A stretch of 64,000 nt of DNA from Podarcis muralis (Eukaryota), in contig NC_135667.1 in assembly GCF_964188315.1 (NCBI RefSeq), positions 21,948,001 through 22,012,000 of the forward strand, given 5' to 3'. Of the stretch, positions 42,949-55,312 are shown one piece after another. The position numbers and the translations under genes were made by a program. The notes under the pieces were generated by a model. That model did not search any database, had not been told where the DNA came from, and worked only from the letters and a program-made list of their open reading frames with translations. Positions within the stretch are counted from its first letter, which is position 1; each line of letters starts with the position of its first letter.

Positions 42949-45900
42949 TGCATAACTGCTACTGTCCCAACAGATGATTCATTGCATTTATTCCCCCCCC
43001 CCCCGAAGTATAGTTTGCTGAATTTGTTTGTGTATAAGTAGGGTTTTTATGTTGCTGAGGACTGCAAGTCTTTTAAAAAATGTTTTATTCTCTCTCACAC
43101 AGAGATATATACATTGCTTTTTTTCTAATAAAAATGTTTAGGAGTGCTCTCATTTTCCTACTCATATTGAAATACTACCCCTTAATGAGGCCAAACTTAG
43201 ATTCACAAATTGTTTAGGGGTATGCGTTTCTCTGCATCCCCCCCATAAAAAAGAGGTAATTACTGAAATTGAATTACCTGTGATTGAATTGATTTCTGTT
43301 CTATGTTCTGGATAATATTGCTTTTTAGCCCTGTAGGTTTATTATCATTGTTATCATTATTATCATTATCATCATTATTATCATCATCATTATTATTATC
43401 ATTATTATCATTATTATGCTTCCAAATTATAGATAAAACTCTTAAATGAACAAATAAAATTTCAAAATGTCAAAAAGACTTGAGCAATATAAACCAATTG
43501 CAGCAGTACAGTAAGCAGTAGCAAGCATGAATGAATGCTGGAATGTATTGTGGCATGTTTCTATATGTCTATACTCAACCTAAAGCGGAATTATTTAACG
43601 TAGCGCCCTTCTCCAGATTTTGTTGGATTCTAACCCCCATCAGTCCAAACCAGCATGGCTAATTGTTAGGGATGATGGGCATTGTAGTCCAATAAATATC
43701 TGGAGGACAGCCTTGAACTGGAATGTGGGTTACTTAGTTAATCAAAGTGTGTGAGAGAAAGGGATCACTTGGGAAGAATAATGAGGGGCAGAGAGAATGC
43801 TTCTTAAAGCTACACCTATACACCTTATAGATAGAAAACCAAGTATGGTTCATATACTAAATTCAATGGAACCAAGGAGCCCATCTTAAAAGACCAATGG
43901 GCTACTATTTTCATACTAGTTGGTGAAAATGAATAAAGATGAACAGTGGTAGAGTTGTGGGGAAAGAATTTTCTTATATAGATTTGAGTCTATTGTACCA
44001 CGGTTGTGGTAGTCTGTCAATTAACATTGCTGAGCATATTACCTGCCACAGCTGTTGATTCTGATGCTCCATTTTACTTTCCATTGCTCTGTGTTTGAGT
44101 CTAGATGAGGACATGTCATGTAAAGCATGGGCTACAGCATAGACAGCGTTGTAGATGCTATAGCTGTGGCCATTCATGTTCATCTCAAAGAATGGTGCTG
44201 GGAGGCTTTCCAATTTCTCCTCCCCAGTGCATATATTCTCCTCTACATCTGCCATATCTGCATCTGGGAATACACAGCCAAAGGCCTGTTTCCAGAAGTC
44301 CCTGATGAAACCGTCTCCTTTTGTGCTGAAAGGATTTCTTCTCTCAACAAATGATTTGAATTTTGGGAAGTCATTGGAGTGGATTGTGAAGGATAGGACA
44401 CCATGAAATATTTCTGTTTCCCAGTTCCTTTGAAACACTTGTGAAGTGAGCTCCATTTGGGCTGTTGTTATCCATACCATAGCTTTTGGTAGACATGGTG
44501 GATTTTCTGCAAAATATGGAATCCATCTCAAGAACACCGTTGATTTTGATTCTCCATAAAACAGAACAACATTTGTTGTACTATGCATTACTTCATTATA
44601 TATTTCCTCACCATGTTCTACTACTTGGTTAATTTGAGAGGGATCAGTGAATAGGGGGACTCTTTTTATGAATGCATAGCAGACACCTTTCTGGGAAAAG
44701 AGTGGTAATACAGTTTGCGAAAATCTTTCACCGTTTTCATCATCCATTATAAAGACTCCTATCCATGTCCATTTGAAATATAGAAGCAAAGAAAGAATCC
44801 CTGTATATTGAAGGGCTTCACGGGGGACCATCTGGTAGAAGGAATGCCCTGTGGTTTCATCATTCATCAATGGAATGGAACCATATATGAGCTGAAGAGA
44901 AATTGGGGAAGGGGGAGAAAGAGAACAGTAATAGAATGTATCTGTCATGCTGAAGGTTTCAAAACCATGAACGTTAGAGTACCATGCCATCTCTCTCCTA
45001 ATCAAAGCTACCTGTCTGCAAAATAAGGAGGGATTCAATATTTGCCAATTCCCCCTCCCCTCAGGAGTGCTTGCCCCTCTATAAATCTGCTCCAGAGGAT
45101 TTGGGGACCCTCCAAAGTAGATCTTTGTAAAGTGTGGGGCCTAGCAAGAGTGGGAGAAATGGCCAAAAATTGCTTTCTACAACTGATGGATGATCATCTG
45201 AGGGGGAAGGCATTTGATTCATCCCACACCTTATCAGTCTTCACAACAATAATACAAGTGAATTGTACTGCTTTATTTCTCAAGATAGCTGTGACTAAAA
45301 GAATATGGGATTAACTATGACCACTGAGTGGCTCCATGGGTGAGGTGGAAACAGTGGGGATTCTTTTCATTTTTTTAATTGCTACATGACTCCAACATTC
45401 TGATAAAAATATTGTCAAGATAAAGTAAGAGGTAACTCTTAGAGGAAGTTGCCTTATACAGCGTAAGACCAATTGTCCATCTAGCTGAGTACTGTGATTG
45501 GCAATGACTTTGCAGGGGTGTTTCCCAGTCCTACATGGAACCTGGGATAGTTTGCATACAAAGAAGATGCTCCAACACTGAGTAACAGCCCTTCTCAAGC
45601 AATGTTATTTTGACCATACACAAGTTCTTTAACTTTTTTCTTTATCAGGATAGGGAGAGCTGAATCTCGATACCTTGCTCTCACTCCGACATGGAATGAG
45701 GGGGGTAGGGAGGTGCTGAGTGCAAAATCACTTCACCTGCCGAAAACCCACCAACACTGCCACTAATAAGCAATGGTTTCCCTGTTAATTAGAGCTTAAT
45801 TGGACTAAAGTACAGGAACATGCTAGAAGAGATGAGATCACAAACTGCAGAACAAATCAACTGCTAGGACTTTAAGGTTTGAACTTGAGATAAGGCTTTC

Positions 45901-48900
45901 AGAGCAAAATACGGTGAGGGGGAGAGGAGCCTACAGTTTCTTTGTTTAAAGTTTTATTCTCTACATTTACGATTCAGCAACCCTCCTCTCAATGTTAGTT
46001 TAAATTATATTTATACAAACGAGATGGAAGAAATTGGATTATAAATATGGACTATAACATCAAACGGAACTGTGCGTGTAAAAAAAGGAAAGAGGGAGCG
46101 AAGCTCTATTTTGCAAAAGATTTACAATGGAAACTTAGAGCTGACTCTTCCCCATCCTTTATTATTTACAAAGTGAACTGAATAACACTAAGAGGACTTG
46201 GAATTTAATTTAATTGGAAGTGTAATTGCTCATATATCTTCAGTAGGAAGGAAGGATGAAAGGAGTCTGTGAACTGCCAGAAACTGATAAGGTTCATCTG
46301 CAGTTCAATGAATCTGCAGTTCATTGAGTCATCTGCAGTTTGACAGACTGCTCTTCTTCCCAGGCTGAGAGGAAAAATGGTGGCAACAGGTAATATTTAC
46401 TGGGACAGAGTGCCTTTTGCAGCTGTTATTAAAGTTGCAAAACAACAAAACATGGGACAGAGCAACAGAGAAATTTCTGGAACAACAATGGGATATCAGC
46501 TCCGCCCAAGGCATGACAGAAAACAGCAACAACCAGGGGAAAGAAAAACATAACATCTTACAAGGACAGGAAGAAACACCACAGACAATAATTGCCACAC
46601 ACAGGAAAAACAAGGATATATGTTGAGTTCCTCACTTGTAGTTTTATAAATCATTTAATGTGTCAACACAAATAGAAGTTATTAATATTGCAGTTGTTGT
46701 ATGAGGAATTCTTATTATGACCAGAATGTAATTGAAATTAATTAGATTTTGGAACACAAAAATAAAGAAAACGATCAAAACATCAAATCTAGCACACTGG
46801 GGTCCCTCTGTATCTAAATAATATTATTCGGTATTTGAACGATTTGTAGTAATAATTATATTATAAATTGGAATTGTTATAATGAGGCTATTATTGGACT
46901 GTAATTGAGAACTAATAAAAATATTATTTTTTAAAAGAAGGAACAAGTAATGGTGAGTGTCACTTAAATTCCAATAACACACACAAAAGCACACAAATCT
47001 CCTACCTGCGGAATCTTATAGTTATTCAAGAGATTTGCCATGTTAAAAGAAATGTGGGCATCTAGTCCCCCAATGACAGCAATTAGATTTTTCTGGTTGT
47101 TCTTTATGTAGTTAGGGATAAATCTTTCCAGAGCTGATAGAAGCAGCATTGTGGCATAATAGGTCTTCCTTGCATTGTTATGGCTGTCATAGATGTTGAA
47201 TCCCAATGTGAGATTGGGTAAGATATGAGGGTTTTCATTGATCTCCTTTACTGCAAAAACCAAGGCTGTGAAGTGTTGGTAATACTTGGGCACTATGCTG
47301 GAATGAGAATTGCATTCTGTATCAAAAGCATATTTTATACACAGTTTAATCATTGTCATTGTGTTGTACATCTTATTGAATTATTCATTATTACAGTATT
47401 CAAATATTCTCTTTCTTGATCCATTCTTTGCACTAAGAGATATACAATACCAGAATTCACATTCAGAACATGACACACCATTTGCTTTCTGAGTATGGTG
47501 TCTTTTTTTTATATTGTTTGCGAAAATGAACTACATTGAAAAATCGAATGAGCTGATCATATTTAGTTTGAAAAGAAATGCTTAAGGGGAAACTTGTTAG
47601 CCATCATTAAATGTCTGAAAATTTGCCACGAATTAGGTGGATATGCATTATTTGCTCTTGTTTTTGACAAAAAGGTTTGAGTTAATTGGTGGGGAAAATT
47701 TTGGCTGAACGTTAGAAGAAATGTTTTATCTGTAAGGGCTTTTTGAGTATGAAACAGACTGCCTTGGGTTGTTGTGAGCTATGCTTGGCTGGAGGTATTA
47801 AGCAGAAGCTGGGTAGCATCTGACAGAGTTGCTGAATTTGACAGATTCATCCATCCCTTCTCCTAGGTAATTTAGTAAAGGATTGCAGCCAATATGGTCA
47901 AGCTGACTCAGCACAGAGTCATACTCATGATGAGCATCTGTTGAAGTTTAAAAAGGTAAAGGTAAAGGGACCCCTGACCATTAGGTCCAGTCGTGGCCGA
48001 CTCTGGGGTTGCGGTGCTCATCTCGCTTTACTGGCCAGCATGACTAAGCCGCTTCTGGCGAACCAGAGCAGCGCACGGAAATGCTGTTTACCTTCCCGCT
48101 GGAGCGGTACCTATTTATCTACTTGCACTTTTACATGCTTTCAAACTGCTAGGTTGGTAGGAGCAGGGACCGAGCAACGGGAGCTCACCCCGTCGTGGGG
48201 ATTCGAACCGCCAACCTTCTGATCGGCAAGTCCTAGGCTCTGTGGTTTAACCAACAGCGCCACCCGCGTCCCTTGAAGTTTAGGAGATATTAAAACAATG
48301 TTGGTGTGAATCAAAGAGAATCAAAAGGGGTTTGTGTGTGAGTCTCTAAGCTTTTCATGGACTGGGGCTTGATATGGTGCCCCAGAAGAAATGACATGGA
48401 GTTCTGCCTTCAAATGCATATCCTGCGGTTTTATTCTGAGTTTCCCTGCAAAGCAGGTGATACTGTAAGTTAAATAATATCTATTTGAAATAGAGGCTTG
48501 GCTTAAGTCTTTCTTACCAAAAGAAAGAAGAAATGCTAAACAACAAGCATAAGCTTGTGCACTATTTGGGGGAAAATACAAAAATCACAGATCTGTACTT
48601 TTTGAATTGACTTTAATTAAAGTGAATAAAGAGGTGGATCTACAGTATACAGATGGTCAAAAGTAAAACTGATACACAAACTTCCTCCATCCATCCATGG
48701 TACCTTTTTTGACACTTGACAAAACAAACCCTCCGTTTTTTTCAGGATCCCCTAATTGATGGTTAGTCATTGTACAACTCCTATAACTCTGGCCATTGGC
48801 CATTTTGCCTAGGGCTGATGGGAGTTGCATTCTAACGGCACTCAGAGGACAGCACCTTGGTCACCCCTGCATTCACTCTTTTAAAGACAAGAACTCAGTG

Positions 48901-49195
48901 ATCTGAAGGTGCGGCTCTAATGCTCATTATCCCAGGGTCAAATTGCATGAAAGAAAAGCAAACAACCATTAAGGCCTTACATAAAAATATCTGTCAATGT
49001 TGGCAGGGGTTCTTCTGAGAAAAGTATTTCACTGGTGACCACGCAGCCGTGATAAGCTACAGAACCAATGATGAAGTTTCCTGGCTGATAATATGTGTGA
49101 ACTGGCGGCTGTGGATAACGGACACTGCACTGAACCCTGTGAGCCATGCATGCCATATGAGGTAACAGGGCCAGTAGCAAAATGACTAAAACCAT
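37177..49195 (-). CDS. V2R vomeronasal type-2 receptor, gene 4, complete: exons 48981-49195, 47006-47297, 44043-44891, 41560-41775, 39700-39826, 37177-38078 (2601 bp)
   Basis: Exons of 215/292/849/216/127/902 bp, GT-AG, frame preserved, all V2R motifs present. Confidence 0.96.
39446..39572 (-). mobile_element. 5'-truncated Sauria SINE
   Basis: GGGACCCCTGACCATTAGGTCCAGTCGTG...AAGCCGCTTCTG, matching 47968-48060. Confidence 0.8.
40452..41490 (-). mobile_element. Non-LTR element 5' region (RTE-clade-like, non-coding), with a nested MITE-like insert at ~40717-41000 and a (GGCTGA)n expansion at ~41365-41405
   Basis: Minus strand contains ggggtagtacctctggtggg...ggtccccaccctgc and cctgggaaggtagcccatctaggaga..aaaactctg. 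Pieces of the same family occur at ~33090-33150 and ~59830-59950. The clade call is from recall. Confidence 0.55.
41877..42236 (-). mobile_element. CR1 LINE 3' end, young
   Basis: Intact [24 protein letters not shown]...[24 protein letters not shown]...[16 protein letters not shown] and (ATTCTATG)n tail. Confidence 0.92.
42735..42950 (+). mobile_element. L2-type 3' end with (ATA)n tail
   Basis: aaccaggccttt...gtgaaccaccctgagacc...ggtatat(aat)n. Confidence 0.55.
43345..43416. repeat. (ATC/ATT)n imperfect microsatellite
   Basis: Seen directly. Confidence 0.9.
45640..46935 (+). mobile_element. Unclassified ~1.3-kb poly(A)-type interspersed element in gene 4 intron 2
   Basis: Not alignable to intron 2 of the paralogs. 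Ends in AATAAA...TTTTTTAAAA and carries a short [28 protein letters not shown]. Confidence 0.4.
47580..47840 (+). mobile_element. Old CR1 LINE 3' fragment in gene 4 intron 1
   Basis: ttttggctgaacgttagaagaaatgtttt...aacagactgccttggg...ggctggaggtattaagcagaagctgg (CR1 3' motifs). Confidence 0.6.
47951..48272 (-). mobile_element. Sauria SINE, full length, young
   Basis: Head GGGACGCGGGTGGCGCTG with B-box GGTTCGAATCC, tail (TTTACC)n and 10-bp TSD TTGAAGTTTA (47941-47950, 48273-48282). Confidence 0.92.
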
Positions 49196-49479
49196 TCTCA
49201 GTACAAGCCCAGATTTTAACGCTACATACAAAAGCCCCTATTTTGTTCTACAGCATAATCATTACAGTCTCTCTGATTAAAAACTGCTTGAGCTGAACAT
49301 TGTACATTTTCCTGATAGCCCCAAACCTGGAATATCCAAGAGCAGAACCATGGATCTCTGCCCTGCTCCCAGTTCTCCTCCCTGCCCCTGAATTTTACAG
49401 GGTATATTTATTACATTGTTCACAGACTTTGCTCTTTGTTTTGCTAGTGGACATTGATATTCCACTGGGATTTACCTGA

Positions 49480-49650
49480 ACATTGAAAGTAATTGCAGTT
49501 CTTCTGACAAGGTAATTGTGGAAGTAATTGTTGAGTTAAAGTTGGGGAGCCCCTGAGGAATAGAGAAAATTTGTTTGTCACATATTCTGAACTGAAAGAT
49601 TCGTTCTCAGCTATACAAAAACGGATGGCATGATTTGGAGTCACTGACAG
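49480..49650 (-). promoter_or_regulatory. Conserved upstream module of gene 4 (putative promoter)
   Basis: GTAATTG x3, GCCCCTGAGGA (49549-49559) and TTTGTTTGTCACATATTCT. Confidence 0.4.
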
Positions 49651-50752
49651 CAAGATAGGGATATTGTATTCACTGCTTTATGATAAGCGTCACCAACATG
49701 GCACTTGTGTGTGCCAGTGTGCTGTTGCACAGCACAGCCCCAGAGCCAGAGCAGGGTTCATGGGAGTTTGTATGGTATAGGAGTTCAAAGGAAGAAGCCC
49801 CAAACACCAGAATGATCAGGTCTAATGCATTATTGAAGGAAGACGTTGGCTTACAGCAAAGCAGCCTGCCAGTTCCCCTTGCCCCAGTTCAAAGCACACA
49901 GGGGATGGCCTTCACAGCCAGGAGATGACTTGTCCACACCCAAGTGAAAGTTCATACATTCGTTATATAGCGAGGTATCTACCTGACAAAGAGAGGTTAT
50001 GTGGCAAATACTCAAACATTACAGATAGTTCCTCTTCTGGGCTCTGAGCCCAACATCCCAGTCCCACAGATAAGCGCACCATCAAAGCAAGCCAATTAGT
50101 GCATATCAAAGCAAGCATGTATAAAGCTTTAGGAGCTCGTATCCATAGCATGAAGATGCAGGGTCCTGGAGACACAGGGATTTGCTCCTTTCTGGTCATT
50201 CAGGTGCTGCACATCACTTAGCTTAGCATAACTGAGCTTAACATATTTTCCAGCACAGTCTTGTGGGTGGCTCTTTGCAGACTAACCAGAGATAAAACCA
50301 AGAATTACTCTATGATTTACAATTGGTTGCAAATGGTGCCTTGTCAGACATAGCATCCCAGCTGTGGACCACTATTCTTCCATACATTAAACTGGCACAA
50401 ACATTAGCCAGATAAATAAATTCCTTATACTGGCAGGCTTCTTGATTAAACAGCTTGCTTCTAGATATCATAGCATGAAAGGATATTATATAAAGATTCT
50501 ATATAAAGAGTCTTTGCTGCAGTGTTTAAATGGGTTTACATTGTCAACATTGAGATCGTTCTGTATGGAGGATGGAATTTAAATTTTAGAAAGAAAGAAA
50601 CCAATTTCAAGTTAGAAGAATGTTGAGGCCTCTGGGGAAACATATTTAGGGCACCTGCTGAGAGGAAATATCTCATGAATACTCTGCTGTGCAAACAGAA
50701 ACAAACCATTAAACTTTGAAATTATGGTGAATAATGCAGACATATAAACTCT

Positions 50753-52367
50753 TCAGCCTTTATTTCTTATTAAATGTTCCCTGTTGTTCAGCTCAGGCCG
50801 CAACACAATAATGTAGCATTTTGGGGCAAAAATGCAAGTCAGAAGTCCAGCACTAGAGGCTAAGATAGAGAAGATCTCCACAGCTACCATATATTTTCCC
50901 TTGGTACTGAGGTAGCTTGGAAAGAAAGATATCCAAACACTACAAAAGACCAGCATACTGAAAGTGATGAACTTGGCTTCATTGAAACTGTCAGGTAACT
51001 TCCTGGCAAGGAAAGCCACAGTGAAGCTGACAAGAGCCAGGAAGCCCATGTAGCTCAGGACACAGTAAAACATAGTCACAGATCCCACATTACATTCTAG
51101 TACAACTTCCTTAGCCATTGAGTGCATGTCAGCATCAGGGAATGGGGGTGAGGATCCCAGCCAAGCAGTACAGATACCTATTTGAATAAGGGAACAGGAA
51201 ACTACAATGGAATTGGTCATTCTCTTCCCCACCCACTTCCTCAGCCTGGATCCTGGTTTGGTGGCCATGAAAGCCAGAACCACTGTGAAAGTTTTTGCCA
51301 GTATACAAGAAATAGCCACTGAGAAGATGATGCCAAAAGCAGTCTGTTGAAGGAGACAGAATACCCTTCCAGGTCGGCCGATGAACAGCAGTGCAGAAAG
51401 GAAGCAGAGCAGGAGGGAGATGAGAAGAGTGTAGGTGAGGTCCCGGTTGTTGGCTTTGACAATGGGTGTGTTGTGATGCTTCAAAAATGTTTCCAGGACC
51501 AGAGCTGTGATGAAAGAAAAAGAAAGGGCAAAACAGGCTAAAATGATCCCCAAAGGTTCTCCGTAAGTCAAAAAGCTTATATCCTTGGGAATACACAGAT
51601 CCCGATTATTGTTTGGATATTCTTCTTCTGAACATTGATTGCAGTCATTCATATCTGAAAAAAGGAAATATGTGTTGTGATATTTGTTTGGAATATTCAT
51701 GGTAATGCATTTTTTTTGGAGGTTTTATGTCTGGTTTGATAAAAATTTATTTAAAGCTTGGGACCATAAATGTTATATGTCAGGAATGGTTTGAAGAAAA
51801 GTAATCCTAATAGAGTCCTAAATTTACAGGCACATTCCTCTGTCTTTCAGGCAGACCCCTTCTATTTCACAACGCTGTACAATATACACATGATACTTAC
51901 CCTCCTGATCTGAAATCTTCCCTTCAGGGCATGGGATGCAATCATAACAGCAAAATGGCTCTCCCTCTTTCAATTTCTTCCTAAAGCCAGGGGGGCACCT
52001 CTCATTACATAAGGAAAGAGGCTGAAACTAAGGTACAAATGAGAGAGCACAATAATAATGCTGAGAATAGTGTGTTAACAAAAAGACCCCAAAATATTTT
52101 GATTTTCCTAAGTGATACAGTGGAACCTTGGTTTTCAAATGTAATCCATTCCAGAAGTCTGTTTGACTTCCGAAACATTTGAAAATTGAGGATCAAACGG
52201 CTGTCAACAAGTTCAAAGGAAAAGAAAAAGAAAAAAGCTGCTCAGAAGCCATTTGACTTCCAAGGCGCATTCGAAAACAGAAGCATTCGCTTCTGAAATT
52301 TCGGCATTTGGCTTTCAAAACATTCAGCAGCTAGGACTTTCAAAAATTGGGGTTTGATGCCACATCA

Positions 52368-52414
<47 letters not shown>

Positions 52415-52874
52415 TTTCGTAGATTTTCACGGGTACAGGAATGCAGGTTTTGGTGTCCTCGGGTATCTTCCCGTGTAAAAGTTGGGGTGTCTAGGCGACG
52501 TTTCGACGAGGTCTCACTCGTCATCTTCAGGCTGGTGCTTTCGGCTTCTTGTTACTGGAACAGAGCAGGATCTCAGTGTTTGAGTTCCTATAAATACTGT
52601 TGAGGAGGTGTGGCCTCCTATGTTCTGGGCAGAGAGGAAGTTCCCAGGCTAGTGAAGAAAAGGCACACTAGCCTGGGAACTTCCTCTCTGCCCAGAACAT
52701 AGGAGGCCACACCTCCTCAACAGTATTTATAGGAACTCAAACACTGAGATCCTGCTCTGTTCCAGTAACAAGAAGCCGAAAGCACCAGCCTGAAGATGAC
52801 GAGTGAGACCTCGTCGAAACGTCGCCTAGACACCCCAACTTTTACACGGGAAGATACCCGAGGACACCAAAACC

Positions 52875-52921
<47 letters not shown>

Positions 52922-55271
52922 CACCACCTGCATATTGATATTGATTCACTACATTACCTGTATGTGCTTTTATACAATAGATAATTCAAGATTTATAAAC
53001 TTTGTGTTTTCACACACACACACATTTTATTTAGATATTTGACATGCACTAAATGTAACACTTCTGCTTGAACTAAACATTGCCAGTAGAGCATGACTGA
53101 GTGTTAAATGACTTATATTATAATCTTATGTATATTTAAACCAATAGAGATATGATTAAATTCTATATAAAATTTTCTCTGAACCATTTCTACATGAATA
53201 AAGGCAAGAACAAAGCAACATTTGTTTGTTTATTTGTTTTATCTCGTTATAGACCACCTTTCTCGCAGGTTAGTATTCAAGATGGCTAATTGTGGAATCA
53301 TAGCCACTTGTGGAATCCCATTTTCCCAACAGTTCATCCATTGTGCATTCTCAGTGAAATCCCCTGCCTCCAGATTTTATAGTTTTCATCACTGTCTGAT
53401 GAAAATTATTTTACACATCAGGACAGAGCATCAGTATTAATTCAAAACTGGATGTCTTTTCAAACTGCAGACAATTGGATCCTACCTGGTTAAACGTGCT
53501 ATACCATGTTATCTCATCTGCATTGATGGTGAATACTTTGTTGGGGTCCACCCTTCCAACTTTCACTCTGTGAAATGATTGGTTTGAAGAAACAATCCAG
53601 TTGATCACATCAAATCCAGCCACTAACTCCCCAAACTCATCAAAGAAAATCTTGTCCCCACCGCTGTTGTTAAACGTGACATTTCTGAGAAATTGATGTA
53701 GCTAGGTTGAATAGCAAAAAGCAATAGTTTAGAAAAGGCTGAAGTTAGATCTTGCATATTAAGGTCTAACGTCTACGGTTTTCTAGTGAGAAAAGACTAC
53801 AGAAACACAAGAATTAAATTAATGCACATAAGTCTTAATAGAATGGACGCCTTTATCTTACTGACAACACAGCTAGGGATATAAGGGGAATCCTTTAGTA
53901 GCAAGCAAATTTCCTCCTGTTCACCTGTTCAGCCCCTATCATAGTTATTCCTTAAGTCTCTTTTGTCCTTAAGTCTCTGCTGCATTTTTTAAAAGGTTTG
54001 TACGTAATATGTAAATATTGTGTTGCAATCTACATAATCTACATATTCATCAATGTATAATTGCTGTCCCAACGGGGGTTTCATTGCTTTCCCCCCCTTT
54101 TTTTTGAAGTGTTGTTTGTTGACTCTGTGTATGTGTAAATTGTTGCTAGAGGCTATAATCCAAATCCTACCCAGAAGTAAAACCCATTTAATTCAAGGGG
54201 TTTATTTCCCAGGTAAATGCAGGTATGATTGTAATGTTAATACACTTGCTACTATGAAGGCTGACGCCGAATGGAATACACTATTCATTATTTTTCTGCA
54301 GTTTCACACACATTGCCTTTTTATGTATTAAAATGCCTTTATGAAACATAATGTTTCATTAAAAAAGGATTTCATATAATCCTGAACACAGACAGCAAAA
54401 TATCAACAGGATCAGCAGGATTCTAAATAGCCATTCCCTGATGCCAGAGTGAAGAAAGAAATACTGGATTAAGTTTATGCAGAGCTTTACAGTGAAGATA
54501 GCACAAGCAAGACCAATACTAGCCAATGTGGTATTCACTTCCAGATATTGTTGGACTACGATACCTTTCCCACCCCGACCTGGCCACTGTGATCCATGCG
54601 ACGGTCATCTCCAGGCTTGACTACTCTAATTCGCTCTACGCGGGGCTGCCCTTAAAGCTGTCCAGCGGGTGCAGAATGCTGCAGCGAGGCTCCTCACAGG
54701 GTCTCTGCCATGGGAGCATATTCATCCAGTGCTTTTCAAGCTGCACTGGCTCCCGGTGGAGTACAGGGTCAGATTTAAGGTGCTGGTTTTGACCTTTAAA
54801 GTCCTTCACGGCCTAGGACCCTCATACCTATGAGACCGCCTCTCCCGTTAAGCCCCACGGAGAGCCTCAAGGTCCATAAATAGCAACACCCTAGTGGTCC
54901 CGGGCCCTAAGGAAGTTAGATTGGCTTCAACCAGAGCCAGGGCCTTTTCAACTCTGGCTCTGGCCTGGTGGAACGCTCTGCCTCATGAGACCAGGGCCCT
55001 GCAGGATCTGATTTCTTTCCGCAGGGCCTGTAAGACAGAGTTGTTCCGCCTGGCCTTTGGCTTGGAGTCAATTTGATTCCCTCCCTCTCTTTCTTTTTTC
55101 TTTTCCTTCTCCTCCTGCGAGGAGGCTACATTTTAATATTTTAATGTTTCAATATTTTAATGTTGTATTTCAATTTTGTTTTTAAGTTGTAATCATTCAA
55201 CTTGTTTTTATTATTGCTTGTAAGCCTATCTGAGCCCGGCCTTGACTGGGGAGGGCGGGGTATAAATAAAA

Positions 55272-55312
<41 letters not shown>

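Larger units (their letters stand above)
52411..52879. mobile_element. Penelope-like element: inverted pseudo-LTR pair (perfect 214-bp arms 52441-52654 / 52666-52879, 11-nt loop) plus a one-sided 30-bp tail, inserted in (TA)n
   Basis: Arms are exact reverse complements. The extra tail 52411-52440 is on one arm only. (TA)n flanks both sides and each arm has a hammerhead core. Confidence 0.85.

Noticed and set aside
48190-48272. tRNA-like A/B boxes
   Set aside because: These are heads of Sauria SINEs, not tRNA genes: no full cloverleaf, and a SINE body, tail and TSD follow.
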